A stretch of 63,837 bases of DNA, counting the filler, from Octopus bimaculoides (Eukaryota): the NCBI RefSeq assembly GCF_001194135.2. It is 8 parts of 7 records of this genome, joined end to end, with 100 filler letters (N's around TTAATTAATTAA, not from the genome) between each part and the next. Parts side by side here need not be neighbours in the genome. Positions count along the whole stretch, not along the records: positions 47,809 to 55,752 come from NC_069000.1; positions 55,853 to 57,739 come from NW_026323070.1; positions 57,840 to 59,917 come from NW_026433951.1; positions 60,018 to 63,837 come from NC_068982.1; 4 more parts are not named here. One strand, written 5' to 3'. The translations under genes and the position numbers were made by a program. How positions within the stretch are numbered: the first letter of the stretch is position 1; every line of letters begins with the position of its first letter. Shown in pieces: positions 50,673 through 63,837 of this stretch. A model generated the notes under the pieces. It was given only the letters and a program-made list of their open reading frames with translations, did not search any database and had not been told where the DNA came from.

Positions 50673-51387
50673 CCTACATTTGTATGTCAATGGCGTTTAC
50701 ACGTATTCATGTGTGATTGTGTGTATATATGTCTGTATTATATGTGTACATGATTAACAATTTCTAATTGATAATCAAGATAGTTTATCATAATTTATAT
50801 ATAGCTGCACCTATATATGCATACATATTTTCACATATATTTACGCGACGTACATAAAAAACCAACGAGACCTTCACTTAGCAAAAGGGATTTATTTTAA
50901 CTAGACAAAAGGTTATATATTCTAGCAAAAGTAATTTATACGGCGCCGTGGGAATTATTGTTTTGACTAGACAAAATGAAATGCAAAACTCAGGAATTTA
51001 AATTCACAACAATAGGGAAAGAAATTAGATCATGCAAATTAATAATTATTAAAAAATAAAGACACATAACTCCATAACTCCAAATTCTTTTCCTTACGAA
51101 ATACAGTTTATCGATGAGTACATAGCAAGTAATGTATTGCATATGTTATTATGGTTGTGGTTGTTATATCGTTGGGGGTGTTATTTCTGGAGCAATAGAT
51201 AATTTAAAGTACAAATGCATATGTACAAATACATATGTGGTTTATACAATTATTATTTTGTCGATATTGGTAGCAAGAACATGTACTAAACTAACATGGA
51301 TCGTGTTTCTTGAAAACATAGTATGCTCTCAAACACTTTCACGCTCGCAAGCACATACACAAAGATTGCATATTTGTATATTTGTGC

Positions 51388-51432
<45 letters not shown>

Positions 51433-51779
51433 AGAGAGAGAGAGAGAGATGAATATATATATACACAAGTGTGTGTGTCTTATCACACAAATAACACGTG
51501 TAAGATTATGAAGCGAAACGGAGATAAGCAAACAAATAATGCACTGTTAGACAAGTGAAAGCACGTGCCTAACAAAGCGTAGAGATATAAAGCGAAAATG
51601 CAGCAGTCAAAGAAGTGTATACAGGAGATGATACACCTAAAGAAGAAATACGCCAAGAGTATCTGATGCTTAAGTTGATATTTTTATCAAACAGAAGTTA
51701 AAAGAAAGAAAAAAGGGCACGGCACCGAATTTATCACTTATGCTTACATCTATGTATGTATGTATTATGTTTTATGTCA

Positions 51780-52075
51780 TTATTCAGTTTATTTCAAGAT
51801 TTCTTGCCAATAGAGAAAGAACCGGTTTCTAACCTAGATCCAAGGTTCCTTCACTGGAATTCCAACATCAACAACAGGGTATTTTTCTTTGTATGTATGT
51901 ATGTATGTATGTATGGGAGAATTTACGAAACAAACAACAACAGACGAGGACAGGTGGTGTAGACAACAAAAGGATGTATTAGTTTAACACTCGGGAATAC
52001 AGAAAGTCTTTAACGTTTCGAGCTACGCTCTTCAACAGAAAGAATACGGAGAAAAACACGGAGAAAAAAACAAAA
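51780..52075 (-). mobile_element. Non-autonomous element with one HHR and one HHR-like hairpin
   Basis: HHR at 52007-52043; second motif at 51813-51860; 3' part shared with 28110-28240. Confidence 0.65.
52007..52043 (-). ncRNA. Minimal hammerhead ribozyme (A6 changed to U)
   Basis: Helix I UCUUU/AAAGA; CUGUUGAA; helix II GAGC-GUA-GCUC; GAAA; helix III ACGU; GUU site. Confidence 0.7.
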
Positions 52076-52345
52076 AGCATGTATGTATGTAGATTTGGTT
52101 TAATGATAATTAGTAATCTATCATCACCATGACAACAGCCTTGGACCCGGGGGAATTTTCAAGTGTGATACAAGGAAGAGTATCAAACTTTTTCTGAATT
52201 TAATTGAATCGTAGACTCCAATACTAATTTCAAACGGTACGCATCCAAACCTTTAATCCAACGTACTTCCTAATGCTGGTAGCTTACTTTCCTCACTAAA
52301 CATTGTTTCAGTTTCATCTTTTCGTAAATTTGGCTAAGTTGTATA

Positions 52346-52561
52346 CACGAGGGGGTACTGAAAAGTTCCGGCTTTAAGGGTGTCGTGAAAGGCCTGGTTG
52401 GAGACCCAACCTTCCGTGTTCTTTTTACAGGGTTTAGAAAAAGTGTAGGGCCGCTGCAATAACTGTGAATCTAAGAGGGGAATATGTTGAATAAAATCAT
52501 AATTAACTGATCTTTCTGTATTTTTTTTTACGCAAAGCCAGGAACTTTTCAGCACCACTTG
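52346..52561. mobile_element. Mariner-derived MITE
   Basis: Imperfect TIRs CACGAGGGGGTACTGAAAAGTTCCGGCTTT / AAAGCCAGGAACTTTTCAGCACCACTTG with TA flanks. Confidence 0.75.
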
Positions 52562-53548
52562 TATATANNNNNNNNNNNNNNNNNNNNNNNNNNNNNNNNN
52601 NNNNNNNNNNNNNNNNNNNNNNNNNNNNNNNNNNNNNNNNNNNNNNNNNNNNNNNNNNNNNNNNNNNNNNNNNNNNNNNNNNNNNNNNNNNNNNNNNNNN
52701 NNNNNNNNNNNNNNNNNNNNNNNNNNNNNNNNNNNNNNNNNNNNNNNNNNNNNNNNNNNNNNNNNNNNNNNNNNNNNNNNNNNNNNNNNNNNNNNNNNNN
52801 NNNNNNNNNNNNNNNNNNNNNNNNNNNNNNNNNNNNNNNNNNNNNNNNNNNNNNNNNNNNNNNNNNNNNNNNNNNNNNNNNNNNNNNNNNNNNNNNNNNN
52901 NNNNNNNNNNNNNNNNNNNNNNNNNNNNNNNNNNNNNNNNNNNNNNNNNNNNNNNNNNNNNNNNNNNNNNNNNNNNNNNNNNNNNNNNNNNNNNNNNNNN
53001 NNNNNNNNNNNNNNNNNNNNNNNNNNNNNNNNNNNNNNNNNNNNNNNNNNNNNNNNNNNNNNNNNNNNNNNNNNNNNNNNNNNNNNNNNNNNNNNNNNNN
53101 NNNNNNNNNNNNNNNNNNNNNNNNNNNNNNNNNNNNNNNNNNNNNNNNNNNNNNNNNNNNNNNNNNNNNNNNNNNNNNNNNNNNNNNNNNNNNNNNNNNN
53201 NNNNNNNNNNNNNNNNNNNNNNNNNNNNNNNNNNNNNNNNNNNNNNNNNNNNNNNNNNNNNNNNNNNNNNNNNNNNNNNNNNNNNNNNNNNNNNNNNNNN
53301 NNNNNNNNNNNNNNNNNNNNNNNNNNNNNNNNNNNNNNNNNTAAATTTCAGATAAAGATAATAATTGAGGTCAACGGCTGCTTCGGTAGCATAAACCATT
53401 ATTACTTACATAATTATGTAATTAAAATGCGTAACTAATTATGTATTTAACAAAAACTATAAATAAATAAATGGTATATTTTAATTACGTAACTGTATAA
53501 ATAAAGATATTTTATGTCATTGAAACAGTTAAGCACGACTGAATTATA

Positions 53549-53673
53549 CAAGGTGTCCACAAAGTCTGGGTACATGCGGATTAACATACTTTAAGAAATT
53601 ATTATTTCTTATATTTAATTGTTTATATTATGATTTTATTTACTCTATGTACCCAGACTTTGTGGATACCTTG
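53549..53673. mobile_element. Tc1-type MITE (125 bp)
   Basis: TIRs CAAGGTGTCCACAAAGTCTGGGTACA / TGTACCCAGACTTTGTGGATACCTTG, TA duplication. Confidence 0.9.
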
Positions 53674-55911
53674 TAGAGTATATGTGAAAATTTATGCTCT
53701 TCTATTGAGTTGTCCGGAAAGTTCGTATCGATTTATAGTAGCTTACCTTTCGATATGGACAGAAAGTGCCATATCGATGGAGTTGAAAATTTTAGAATAA
53801 TTTGTCATCTTTCAACTGTCCGGATAAGTGGACAGATATGACATTGGCAGGCTATATATGATCAGTGAGCGGTAGTGAATTGAAATATAACATAGAATGT
53901 ATAGTACTTGACAGACGAAAAGCATATATAAATTGAGCTAAAGAGGGGAAAAATTGTCTGAGAACCACAAATTCAAGAAACCTTCGAAGACTTCAATACT
54001 GTCCTCAAGTCCCAAAATAAACTGTTTGCAAGATGCCCACACATGGAATAGTGCATGCTTGCTGACTCAAAAGCTCAGCCACCGGACCACGATTATGAAT
54101 AACATCTCGTACATTCCCTACTTTTTTCTTCACTGCTTCTTTCGCTCTTTATCCTTCTAAATTCTGCCTTGCTATTTTTCATCTATTTCTTTTTTTATTC
54201 TTATTTTTAATTTTTTTTAATTATTTTTCCTAGGTTTATTTCTTCCTTTTTTTTTTTCTTTGTCTCTTCAACTTACTCCTTTAACAAAGTTTACCGTCTG
54301 TGAAGTATTGCGTTTGTTGAGCTGAGCTGAAATATCTTCAATACAAACACTAGGAATGGCCTTATTCTGTCTATGAACTTAAATGCACTGAATGGTCGTT
54401 ATATTCCTTGGTTGTTGCTGTTCTTTTTTAGTGTCTGGACAAAATACATTTCTAATATTCCTTACCAATGCGAGAATGCAAGTGATTGAGCACTCTACAG
54501 GCACGCGTACCCTTAACGTAGTTCGCAAGCAGATTCAGCTTGACAGAGAGTCTGACAAGGCTGGCTTTTTGAATTCTGGGCATCGGGCTTAGATACATAA
54601 ATATACATACACACATACGAATATATATATATATATATGTGTGTGTTTGTATATATATATATATNNNNNNNNNNNNNNNNNNNNNNNNNNNNNNNNNNNN
54701 NNNNNNNNNNNNNNNNNNNNNNNNNNNNNNNNNNNNNNNNNNNNNNNNNNNNNNNNNNNNNNNNNNNNNNNNNNNNNNNNNNNNNNNNNNNNNNNNNNNN
54801 NNNNNNNNNNNNNNNNNNNNNNNNNNNNNNNNNNNNNNNNNNNNNNNNNNNNNNNNNNNNNNNNNNNNNNNNNNNNNNNNNNNNNNNNNNNNNNNNNNNN
54901 NNNNNNNNNNNNNNNNNNNNNNNNNNNNNNNNNNNNNNNNNNNNNNNNNNNNNNNNNNNNNNNNNNTATATATATAAGACGCGTGCAGACAGGCGAGAAA
55001 ATAAACAGATGCAATGATACAGAGAGTTATGCGGGTAGGCATAGAAAATTGTTGTAGGAAAAGATACATAAATAGATATATGAAAAGATAAAAGATAAAA
55101 TAAACACACGAACGCAGACTACAACACAGACACACATGTATTATGTGTAATGTGCACACACATACATACATACCCACGCACATTCACAGAAAAACAAACA
55201 AAACGTGAGTTGTACGAACGCGCACGTATAAACAAAGATTAGGAGCAACGACCAAAAGGGAAGCCTAATCAAAAACTATATTACTATAAAACGAGTATGT
55301 GAGAATCGTTGATTAACATATAAGGAAATTAAGTAGTAAAATTCAATGCGCATACACACATATGCACGTGTGTGTGTGTATTCTGTTATTCTTTTACTTG
55401 TTGCAATCATTTGATTGCGGTCATACTGTATAGACACACACACACATACGCACGCACACACACACGCACACACATAGATAGATATACATATATATATATG
55501 CACACACATAGATATATGTACATATTATACATATATATAGATATACATATATATAACACGACACAATGAAGTAGAGAAATTTGAAAAGACAACACGAAAC
55601 CGGTTATTTCTCAAAATACAATGTTTATATACCAAAAAGATTTTTCTAACATTTTTCTGACATAATTTAGATATGTACTTTAACCATGTAACACAAGCCT
55701 TCTGTAGTTTTTTCACTCTTATAATCTTTTATATATATATATATATATATATNNNNNNNNNNNNNNNNNNNNNNNNNNNNNNNNNNNNNNNNNNNNTTAA
55801 TTAATTAANNNNNNNNNNNNNNNNNNNNNNNNNNNNNNNNNNNNNNNNNNNNCGGTGCTCCAGCATGGCCGCAGTCAAATGACTGAAACAAATAAAGAGA
55901 AAAGAGTATTA

Positions 55912-55964
55912 TTTATTTACATTATTTACATTTGACGGATATGGCGTAGGGGTTAAGAGCGCGG
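55912..55964. mobile_element. Inverted micro-copy of the tRNA-HHR unit
   Basis: Reverse complement of the unit tail (TTATTTACATTATTTACATTTGACGGATAT) joined to the unit head (ATGGCGTAGGGGTTAAGAGCGCGG). Confidence 0.85.
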
Positions 55965-57839
55965 TGCTAATGTTGATGCTGATGGTGGTACTGGTGGCAA
56001 GAAGGAAACACCTTAAGAAAAATTTCGAAGAAAGATTAGGAATTAAAGTATTCGCGTAGTCAAAATGGTGTTAAGGGTCAATTTAATCAGCGTAATTGGA
56101 TTGCAATTAACTCAGTGTTACCATTGGTAACTACAGGCCATTCATTAATGAATTTTACACGTAATTTTGACCAATTATTTTATTAGAAAGTTCAGAATTT
56201 TCTCAGAGAAAGTTTCTTCTTGCCGAGGGAAAATTACGCTTCTTGCTGTGTACAGAGAGGAAAACTGATTCTTAACTCTCTCTCAATTAACAGATCGATA
56301 TTAGAATATGTTTGACCTATTGCCTCTCCGAAAGATTTTCTTAAGTTTGTCCTAAACATCCATGCTTGGGTTCAGGTTTTAGTTAGTCCTTGTTTTACGC
56401 GATCTGAGTAATATGGAACTTTCCATGAGTTGAAATAAAGCAAATGGTGTGGTGGGAGCTGCTTCATATATGACGAATGGTTGCCAGGGAAATATTACAT
56501 GCTGAATCAATTTATCTAACTTAGGAATGGCTCTATGGTAAGTAGCTTGCTTACCAACCACATGGTTCTGGGTTCAGTCCCACTGCGTGGTACCTTGGGC
56601 AAGTGTCTTCTACTATAGCCTCGGGCTGACCAAAGCCTTGTGAGTGGATTTGGTAGACGGAAACTGAAAGAAGCCCCTCGTATATATGTATACACNNNNN
56701 NNNNNNNNNNNNNNNNNNNNNNNNNNNNNNNNNNNNNNNNNNNNNNNNNNNNNNNNNNNNNNNNNNNNNNNNNNNNNNNNNNNNNNNNNNNNNNNNNNNN
56801 NNNNNNNNNNNNNNNNNNNNNNNNNNNNNNNNNNNNNNNNNNNNNNNNNNNNNNNNNNNNNNNNNNNNNNNNNNNNNNNNNNNNNNNNNNNNNNNNNNNN
56901 NNNNNNNNNNNNNNNNNNNNNNNNNNNNNNNNNNNNNNNNNNNNNNNNNNNNNNNNNNNNNNNNNNNNNNNNNNNTTGTATTTCGGGGAAGTCTTTTATT
57001 TTCCAAATAAACTCACGCACTCTATATTCGTCCTTCACTCGTTTATTACAGTTCTCATGTCGATCGTCCGGAGACCTTTTCGTAACTTGTTTGTGACCTC
57101 TTCAGAGACACTTTTGTGTGTGCTCTTGCTACGTGGAGTAAGAGCATGTGTATATGTGTGTGTGTGTGTGTTTTAGTGTGTATTTATGCATTTATGTATT
57201 CAATGCCTCCAGCATGGCCGAAGTCCAATGAACAAACAATTAAAATATATGACATAAAAGATAGCGCGTGCTGGATGAAAGCTCATAACGACTTTCTCTC
57301 GCTGTTTGCGATTTAAATCCTTGATTTATGATTGATGATACTGACTCGATATAATCAAATTTGAGAGAAAGATAATCTTGTATAATCTAATTTATACACG
57401 TTTGTTATTTAGAATTATCTCTTGAAAATAATCCTTTCATGATTAAAACAAAAATTATATGAAATAATTCATGAAAATAATACTTTCAAAATATGTATAA
57501 ATTATAATCTTATAAATGAGCAAATGAATTTATTAGGGAGATTCCTTCGTGAGCAACTGTGCAAAAGTGTTGTACATACATACATGAATATACATACATA
57601 CATACATACATGAATATATATATACACAGTATATACATGTATATATACATATCATATTTTATACATATATATATGTATAAATATATATGTATACATATGT
57701 TTGTGCGCGTGTATATATATATATATATATATATACATANNNNNNNNNNNNNNNNNNNNNNNNNNNNNNNNNNNNNNNNNNNNTTAATTAATTAANNNNN
57801 NNNNNNNNNNNNNNNNNNNNNNNNNNNNNNNNNNNNNNN

Positions 57840-58190
57840 TTTGAGCCGGGCCTGTGTGAAGTTACTCGAAACTTTGGTGATATTCGTCTTGATGGAAGGC
57901 CACGTGAGGCAGCAGGAATCGGTCCTTTGCCATAATTGTAAAAAGGGTCAGAAGTGGTTGTCGGACAGTTTTCATGACTTCGCCTGTCCCACGTCTACCT
58001 GCCTAATTACCTTGATTTTAATCCTATGGATTACTATGTGTGGGGCGTAGTTGCGAACGACACGAATCCCACTGCCCGCAAAACCAAGGCTGTGCTACTG
58101 GTCAAGATAAAGTGGGTGTTCGAAGATCTTCCCAGTGACACAATGAGGAACTCATGCCTTTGTTTACGGAGCCGTCTTGAGGCTGTGTTT
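57840..58190 (+). mobile_element. Tc1-like transposase C-terminal fragment
   Basis: Sequence near 57985-58050 resembles WPPxSPDLNPMDYYVWG, frameshifted. Confidence 0.55.
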
Positions 58191-60017
58191 TCTTTTTAAT
58201 TTTTTGATGGGTTATTGTATTCATTACTAACAAAACAAAAAACTCCTTGGAAATAGTTGTAGTGAATGAATCGTTATGCATTTGTTGTTATATGTATACA
58301 CACACACACACATATATATAATAAAACAAAATTTTTGTGTGTGAGTGCGCGCGCAAGTGCGCGCGCAAGTGCGTGCGTATGTTCCTTATGGNNNNNNNNN
58401 NNNNNNNNNNNNNNNNNNNNNNNNNNNNNNNNNNNNNNNNNNNNNNNNNNNNNNNNNNNNNNNNNNNNNNNNNNNNNNNNNNNNNNNNNNNNNNNNNNNN
58501 NNNNNNNNNNNNNNNNNNNNNNNNNNNNNNNNNNNNNNNNNNNNNNNNNNNNNNNNNNNNNNNNNNNNNNNNNNNNNNNNNNNNNNNNNNNNNNNNNNNN
58601 NNNNNNNNNNNNNNNNNNNNNNNNNNNNNNNNNNNNNNNNNNNNNNNNNNNNNNNNNNNNNNNNNNNNNNNNNNNNNNNNNNNNNNNNNNNNNNNNNNNN
58701 NNNNNNNNNNNNNNNNNNNNNNNNNNNNNNNNNNNNNNNNNNNNNNNNNNNNNNNNNNNNNNNNNNNNNNNNNNNNNNNNNNNNNNNNNNNNNNNNNNNN
58801 NNNNNNNNNNNNNNNNNNNNNNNNNNNNNNNNNNNNNNNNNNNNNNNNNNNNNNNNNNNNNNNNNNNNNNNNNNNNNNNNNNNNNNNNNNNNNNNNNNNN
58901 NNNNNNNNNNNNNNNNNNNNNNNNNNNNNNNNNNNNNNNNNNNNNNNNNNNNNNNNNNNNNNNNNNNNNNNNNNNNNNNNNNNNNNNNNNNNNNNNNNNN
59001 NNNNNNNNNNNNNNNNNNNNNNNNNNNNNNNNNNNNNNNNNNNNNNNNNNNNNNNNNNNNNNNNNNNNNNNNNNNNNNNNNNNNNNNNNNNNNNNNNNNN
59101 NNNNNNNNNNNNNNNNNNNNNNNNNNNNNNNNNNNNNNNNNNNNNNNNNNNNNNNNNNNNNNNNNNNNNNNNNNNNNNNNNNNNNNNNNNNNNNNNNNNN
59201 NNNNNNNNNNNNNNNNNNNNNNNNNNNNNNNNNNNNNNNNNNNNNNNNNNNNNNNNNNNNNNNNNNNNNNNNNNNNNNNNNNNNNNNNNNNNNNNNNNNN
59301 NNNNNNNNNNNNNNNNNNNNNNNNNNNNNNNNNNTATATATATATATATGACGGACGTTTTCCGTATCATCAATAAACATACATTAATACAAACACCTCC
59401 GTAACTCCGTATGCACGTTGCATGAAAGGAATGTACTAACGGTATATACTGAAAGAAAAGAAGAATATAGGTAGAGGGAGATTATCAAAAGGGACAAAGG
59501 ACAGAGATAAGGAGCAAATCACAACCACATCTATGTACTATATTGATAACACATTCAAATAAATCTAGTTTTGTATAGCATAATAGATGTGTGTGTGTGG
59601 GGTGGTGAACAAATCTCTCGCACGTTTCGGAACCTAAACAAACAGCATAAACGTGCACCGTATTCACTCATCTATTGAAACGCTTTGTTATGTTTGCACG
59701 TATTAAATACGTATTTATATACACAAATGCAACTGTCTAAACAGCAGTATGTCTGTGTTCGTGAGTATGTGACTGCGTCTTCAAATATGCACACTTACAT
59801 ATTTACATATATAAATACTAGGTTGTGTTTATATTTACATAAATGCATACACACCTTAATATATACATACATACATATACAAACTCCATATGCACACATT
59901 CATATATGTATGTATATNNNNNNNNNNNNNNNNNNNNNNNNNNNNNNNNNNNNNNNNNNNNTTAATTAATTAANNNNNNNNNNNNNNNNNNNNNNNNNNN
60001 NNNNNNNNNNNNNNNNN

Positions 60018-60076
<59 letters not shown>

Positions 60077-62106
60077 ACCGACATAAGTCCTCTCTCAAAA
60101 TTACTGGCCTTGTGCCAAAATTTGAAACCCATGTACATATACGTCAGTGGACCAACGGGTTTTGGAGGCCTGACGATACGCGATAAATCTAAAACCTTTC
60201 TGGGCGGCAAACCTAAGATAATCCCATAAACTGGCCTTCCTTATTTAGCTTCGCATCTATGAGGTACTGAATTCAATTTTGGGGTGTGGAAACTTGAGGG
60301 ATAATCTTCTGCTATAGCATATGATTCGACTCAAGTTTTGTGAGTGAAGTAAAGTAGAAGCAATCTTTATGGAAGCCCACCTGATAAACTGTACCGCTAT
60401 TTTAAATGCCCAGCCTTGTCAAAGAGTAAAAGAGTAAGTCAAGCTGATTCTGCCTGAAGATTACGATATTTTCGGCATACAGTTGAATTTTTCAGACCAA
60501 AACTTACAGCCAAAATAGGTAGGTCAACGTATACAACAAGCCGACGTAGAAAGATCAAACATTCCATGTAAAATGGCCACAGGATTTGGAAAGATTGACT
60601 ATGCTTGATTAATTGACACTATATGCTACGCCGACTTATATGCCGGAAAATATGGTACGTTAAGGGTTCACGTGACTTTGCAATTCTTAGTCACTTGCAC
60701 TGTAATTCATAACGTAGTTAATGTTGATAGAATTACTGTAAAACTCACCGTAGTAAGCGACGGAGGATATTACAAGTTATTTCTTAAATACCCATCTTAT
60801 GTGCATTTGTCTGAGAACACATGCATGAGTATGTGCTGTTGTGTGTGCATGTATGTTTGTATATAAATATGCACGCGTATACATACACAGATATATATAT
60901 ACACACATACACACACATCTATATGTATACATATATATATACGTATATATATANNNNNNNNNNNNNNNNNNNNNNNNNNNNNNNNNNNNNNNNNNNNNNN
61001 NNNNNNNNNNNNNNNNNNNNNNNNNNNNNNNNNNNNNNNNNNNNNNNNNNNNNNNNNNNNNNNNNNNNNNNNNNNNNNNNNNNNNNNNNNNNNNNNNNNN
61101 NNNNNNNNNNNNNNNNNNNNNNNNNNNNNNNNNNNNNNNNNNNNNNNNNNNNNNNNNNNNNNNNNNNNNNNNNNNNNNNNNNNNNNNNNNNNNNNNNNNN
61201 NNNNNNNNNNNNNNNNNNNNNNNNNNNNNNNNNNNNNNNNNNNNNNNNNNNNNNNNNNNNNNNNNNNNNNNNNNNNNNNNNNNNNNNNNNNNNNNNNNNN
61301 NNNNNNNNNNNNNNNNNNNNNNNNNNNNNNNNNNNNNNNNNNNNNNNNNNNTATATATATATGCACACATACTAAAGTGCATACAGTGTTAACAAATCAG
61401 CACGCAGTAGAAAGATAGCATCTGTGGCTATAGCATAAACTCTAGTGACATTGTTGCAGTTGTTGTTGGTGTTGTATATGTGTGAGTGAACGGGGAGACC
61501 AGTTTTATATGCATATTTGCCGTTAAGAACAGTCTATATGATATATAGGGTGACAAGCGTAAATAAATTAAATGAGAAAGAAAAATAGAGATGAAATAAG
61601 AGATAAATAGAAATAACGAGAGCGGGAGATAGGGAGGACGCTGAGTAAAAAACAATAAAGCATCGAAAGAAAAAACAAAATAGGGAGGATAGAGTAGATG
61701 GAGCAAGAGTGGTGAGGAGAAGAGAAGAAGGAAAGAGAACAAGAGGGTGAAAGAGAACGTAAGAGAGGGGTAGACGCAGAATGCTGAGAGCTAAGAAAAA
61801 ATAGAAATGTTGAAAGATACAGAAGATGGAAATCACATCTTGGAGAAGAAAAGATAGTTAGAAAGAGAGACTCAGATACAGAGAGAGGGTGATGGGGAAG
61901 GAGCGAGCCAGCTAGAGAGGGAGAAGCGAGAGAGAGAGAGAAAGAGAAAGAGATGGAGAGTTAGACGGAAAGAAAAAGAGGTTGATAGAGAAGGCTGAAG
62001 ACATGAAATTGTTACGTATAAACAATCACCACCAACTCTTATCAAAGTAGTTGGGTATCAGTTAATAATAGAACATTGTTTGAACATGACTGATTATATA
62101 CGTATA

Positions 62107-62195
<89 letters not shown>

Positions 62196-62359
62196 ACACA
62201 TATGACGACTTGTTTTGTGGACGATGACCTGGGGTGATTGCAACTGCTTTGAATCAGGGGTGGTTAAGGTTCCTAGCATATCAAGATGACCCAGAATTAT
62301 CTACCCTCTTCACCATGTTTCAGATAGGACATGAAATATATATTCTTTTATTCCTCTTT

Positions 62360-62536
62360 TGGCTGTGGCCATGCTGGAGCACCGCCTTTAGTCGAACAAA
62401 TCGACCCCACGACTTATTCTTTGTAAGCCTAGTACTTGTTCTATCGGTCTGTTTTGCTGAACCGCTAAGATACAGACATAAACACACCAACATCGGTTGT
62501 CTAGCGATGTTGGGGCGCCAAACACAGACACACAAG

Positions 62537-62589
<53 letters not shown>

Positions 62590-62755
62590 GTGACGGGCTT
62601 CTTTCAGTTTCCGTCTACCAAATCCACTCACAAGGCTTTAGTCGGCTCGAGGCTATAGTAGAAGAGACTTGCCAAAGGTGCTACACAGTGGAACTGAACC
62701 TGGAACCATGTGGTTGTAAACAAGCTTCTTACCACACAGCCACTCCTGCGCCTAT
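62360..62755. mobile_element. Composite SINE-associated repeat
   Basis: GGCCATGCTGGAGCACCGCC...GACACACA block followed by the SINE family of 13283; pieces also at 12880-12990, 29075-29190, 46365-46410, 55852-55895. Confidence 0.7.
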
Positions 62756-63335
62756 GTGTGTATGATTTTGTTTCTGTATTTGTTGCCCACCTCCCAATTA
62801 GTAAAGTGTACGTGCATTTGCAAGCAGATTTAATTTCTGCCAATTCTGACCTCAAGTATGTAATTTCAGCCAATAACTCCGGCTCCTTTTATCGAGCCTG
62901 GTCGCAGTTACGTTCTACAATATTCTCAATATTCAGTTTCCGTTCTACAATATTCTTAAAGGAACGAAACCTTATCCAGCAAATCAGACTAATACGAACG
63001 AGCCTGGTAAGTGTAAAAGACTAACTGGCATCTCCTGTCAAGAGTACAGTTATTCTGTGCGTCTGTGTAATATTCAATTGTGTTTTGCGGAGTTGCTTTA
63101 TTTTTACCCTTAACTTAGAAATGGAGTAAGACATAGTGCTAACCTCAAATGGCTTTGAGGTTAGAAATAAAGCGGGAAAATGTGAAATCCTTCGAGCAGG
63201 CATATGTTTTTTGTGAAATCTGTGATGAGTCCGAGTGACGCTGCTGACCTGGAGTCGCCTCTGATATATATATATATATATAGAAATATAGAAATATAAG
63301 TAGTAAGAATACTAAAAGTTGCAAATTACAAGTAA

Positions 63336-63837
63336 CAAAAAACCTTAAAAAATCTTGAAACTCTAATACTAAAACTCGTAAAAGGCCTAACAGAAAAAGA
63401 AAAAGACTACATTACCAACTTTAGATGCAAACCCAGCCTTTTCTATGGCCTCCCCAAAATTCACAAGAGTCAAACAATCACTAATGCCTGCAAATCGAAT
63501 CCAGGCCTATGCATAAATATTCCAACACCAGAAGACTTAAAATTAAGGCCTATTATTGCTGGTCCAGCCTGTGAAACACACCGCCTAAGCAATTTTCTCG
63601 ACATAATACTGAAGCCCTATCTCAAATACGTCAAAAGTTCCATCAGAGACGATTTGGACATGCTAGAGCACCTACCAAAGACCACCAACGAAGAAGCTCT
63701 ATTAGTCTCCTTCGATGTCATCAACCTCTACACTAACATTCCACATGACTATGGAATAGAGGCAATAAAATTCTGGTTGGAAAAAACACCCCGAAGCTCT
63801 ACAGGACCGCATAAACCAGACATTTCTCATTGAATCC
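63336..63837 (+). mobile_element. PLE reverse transcriptase fragment, fairly intact, runs off window end
   Basis: FYGLPKIHK...LKLRPIIAGPACETHRLSNFLDIILKP...LLVSFDVINLYTNIPHDYGIEAIKFWL; +1 frameshift in the A-run near 63781. Confidence 0.92.

Noticed and set aside
60445-60560. CTGAAGA...CGTAGAAAGATC
   Set aside because: Only a 4-bp helix II over a long loop and no helix I; expected by chance.
5828-61392. Long ORFs in the supplied track made of X runs or YI/CV/HT/MYVC repeats
   Set aside because: They are translations of N gaps and microsatellites.
63222-63245. GTGATGAGTCCGAGTGACG resembling a classic HHR helix II
   Set aside because: C3 is missing and there is no GAAA or helix III/I.

Overview
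AT-rich, microsatellite-saturated animal DNA with many N gaps. The SINE families and TTAATTAATTAA gap pads suggest an Octopus assembly (inference, not verified). Most of the window looks like intron and intergenic DNA around a + strand single-pass membrane protein gene. Its terminal exon (TM + cytoplasmic tail) is clear at 48361-49097, and there is a likely Ig-domain exon at 716-825. The rest is decayed transposons: R4/Dong-like, RTE, CR1, Helitron, mariner/Tc1, Tigger-like, a probable Chapaev3, MITEs and tRNA-SINEs. The signal the ORF track misses is a dense set of Penelope-like element (PLE) fragments with about 8 well-formed and several decayed minimal type-I hammerhead ribozymes (HHRs), found by eye on both strands. 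They differ between families, mostly in a palindromic or near-palindromic helix III. The top candidate is a ~270-bp non-coding unit made of a tRNA-like Pol III head, a (TAA)n tract, an intact minimal HHR and a (TAAATAATG)n tail. It occurs as two full copies plus one internally inverted micro-copy, and copy 1 is fused in inverted orientation to a PLE reverse-transcriptase fragment. This points to a tRNA-promoter/ribozyme retroelement that is, or borrows, a PLE terminal repeat. Two ~1.2-1.4-kb foldbacks also turn out to be PLE inverted-repeat insertions. All structures and homologies were assigned by eye, without folding software or database searches.
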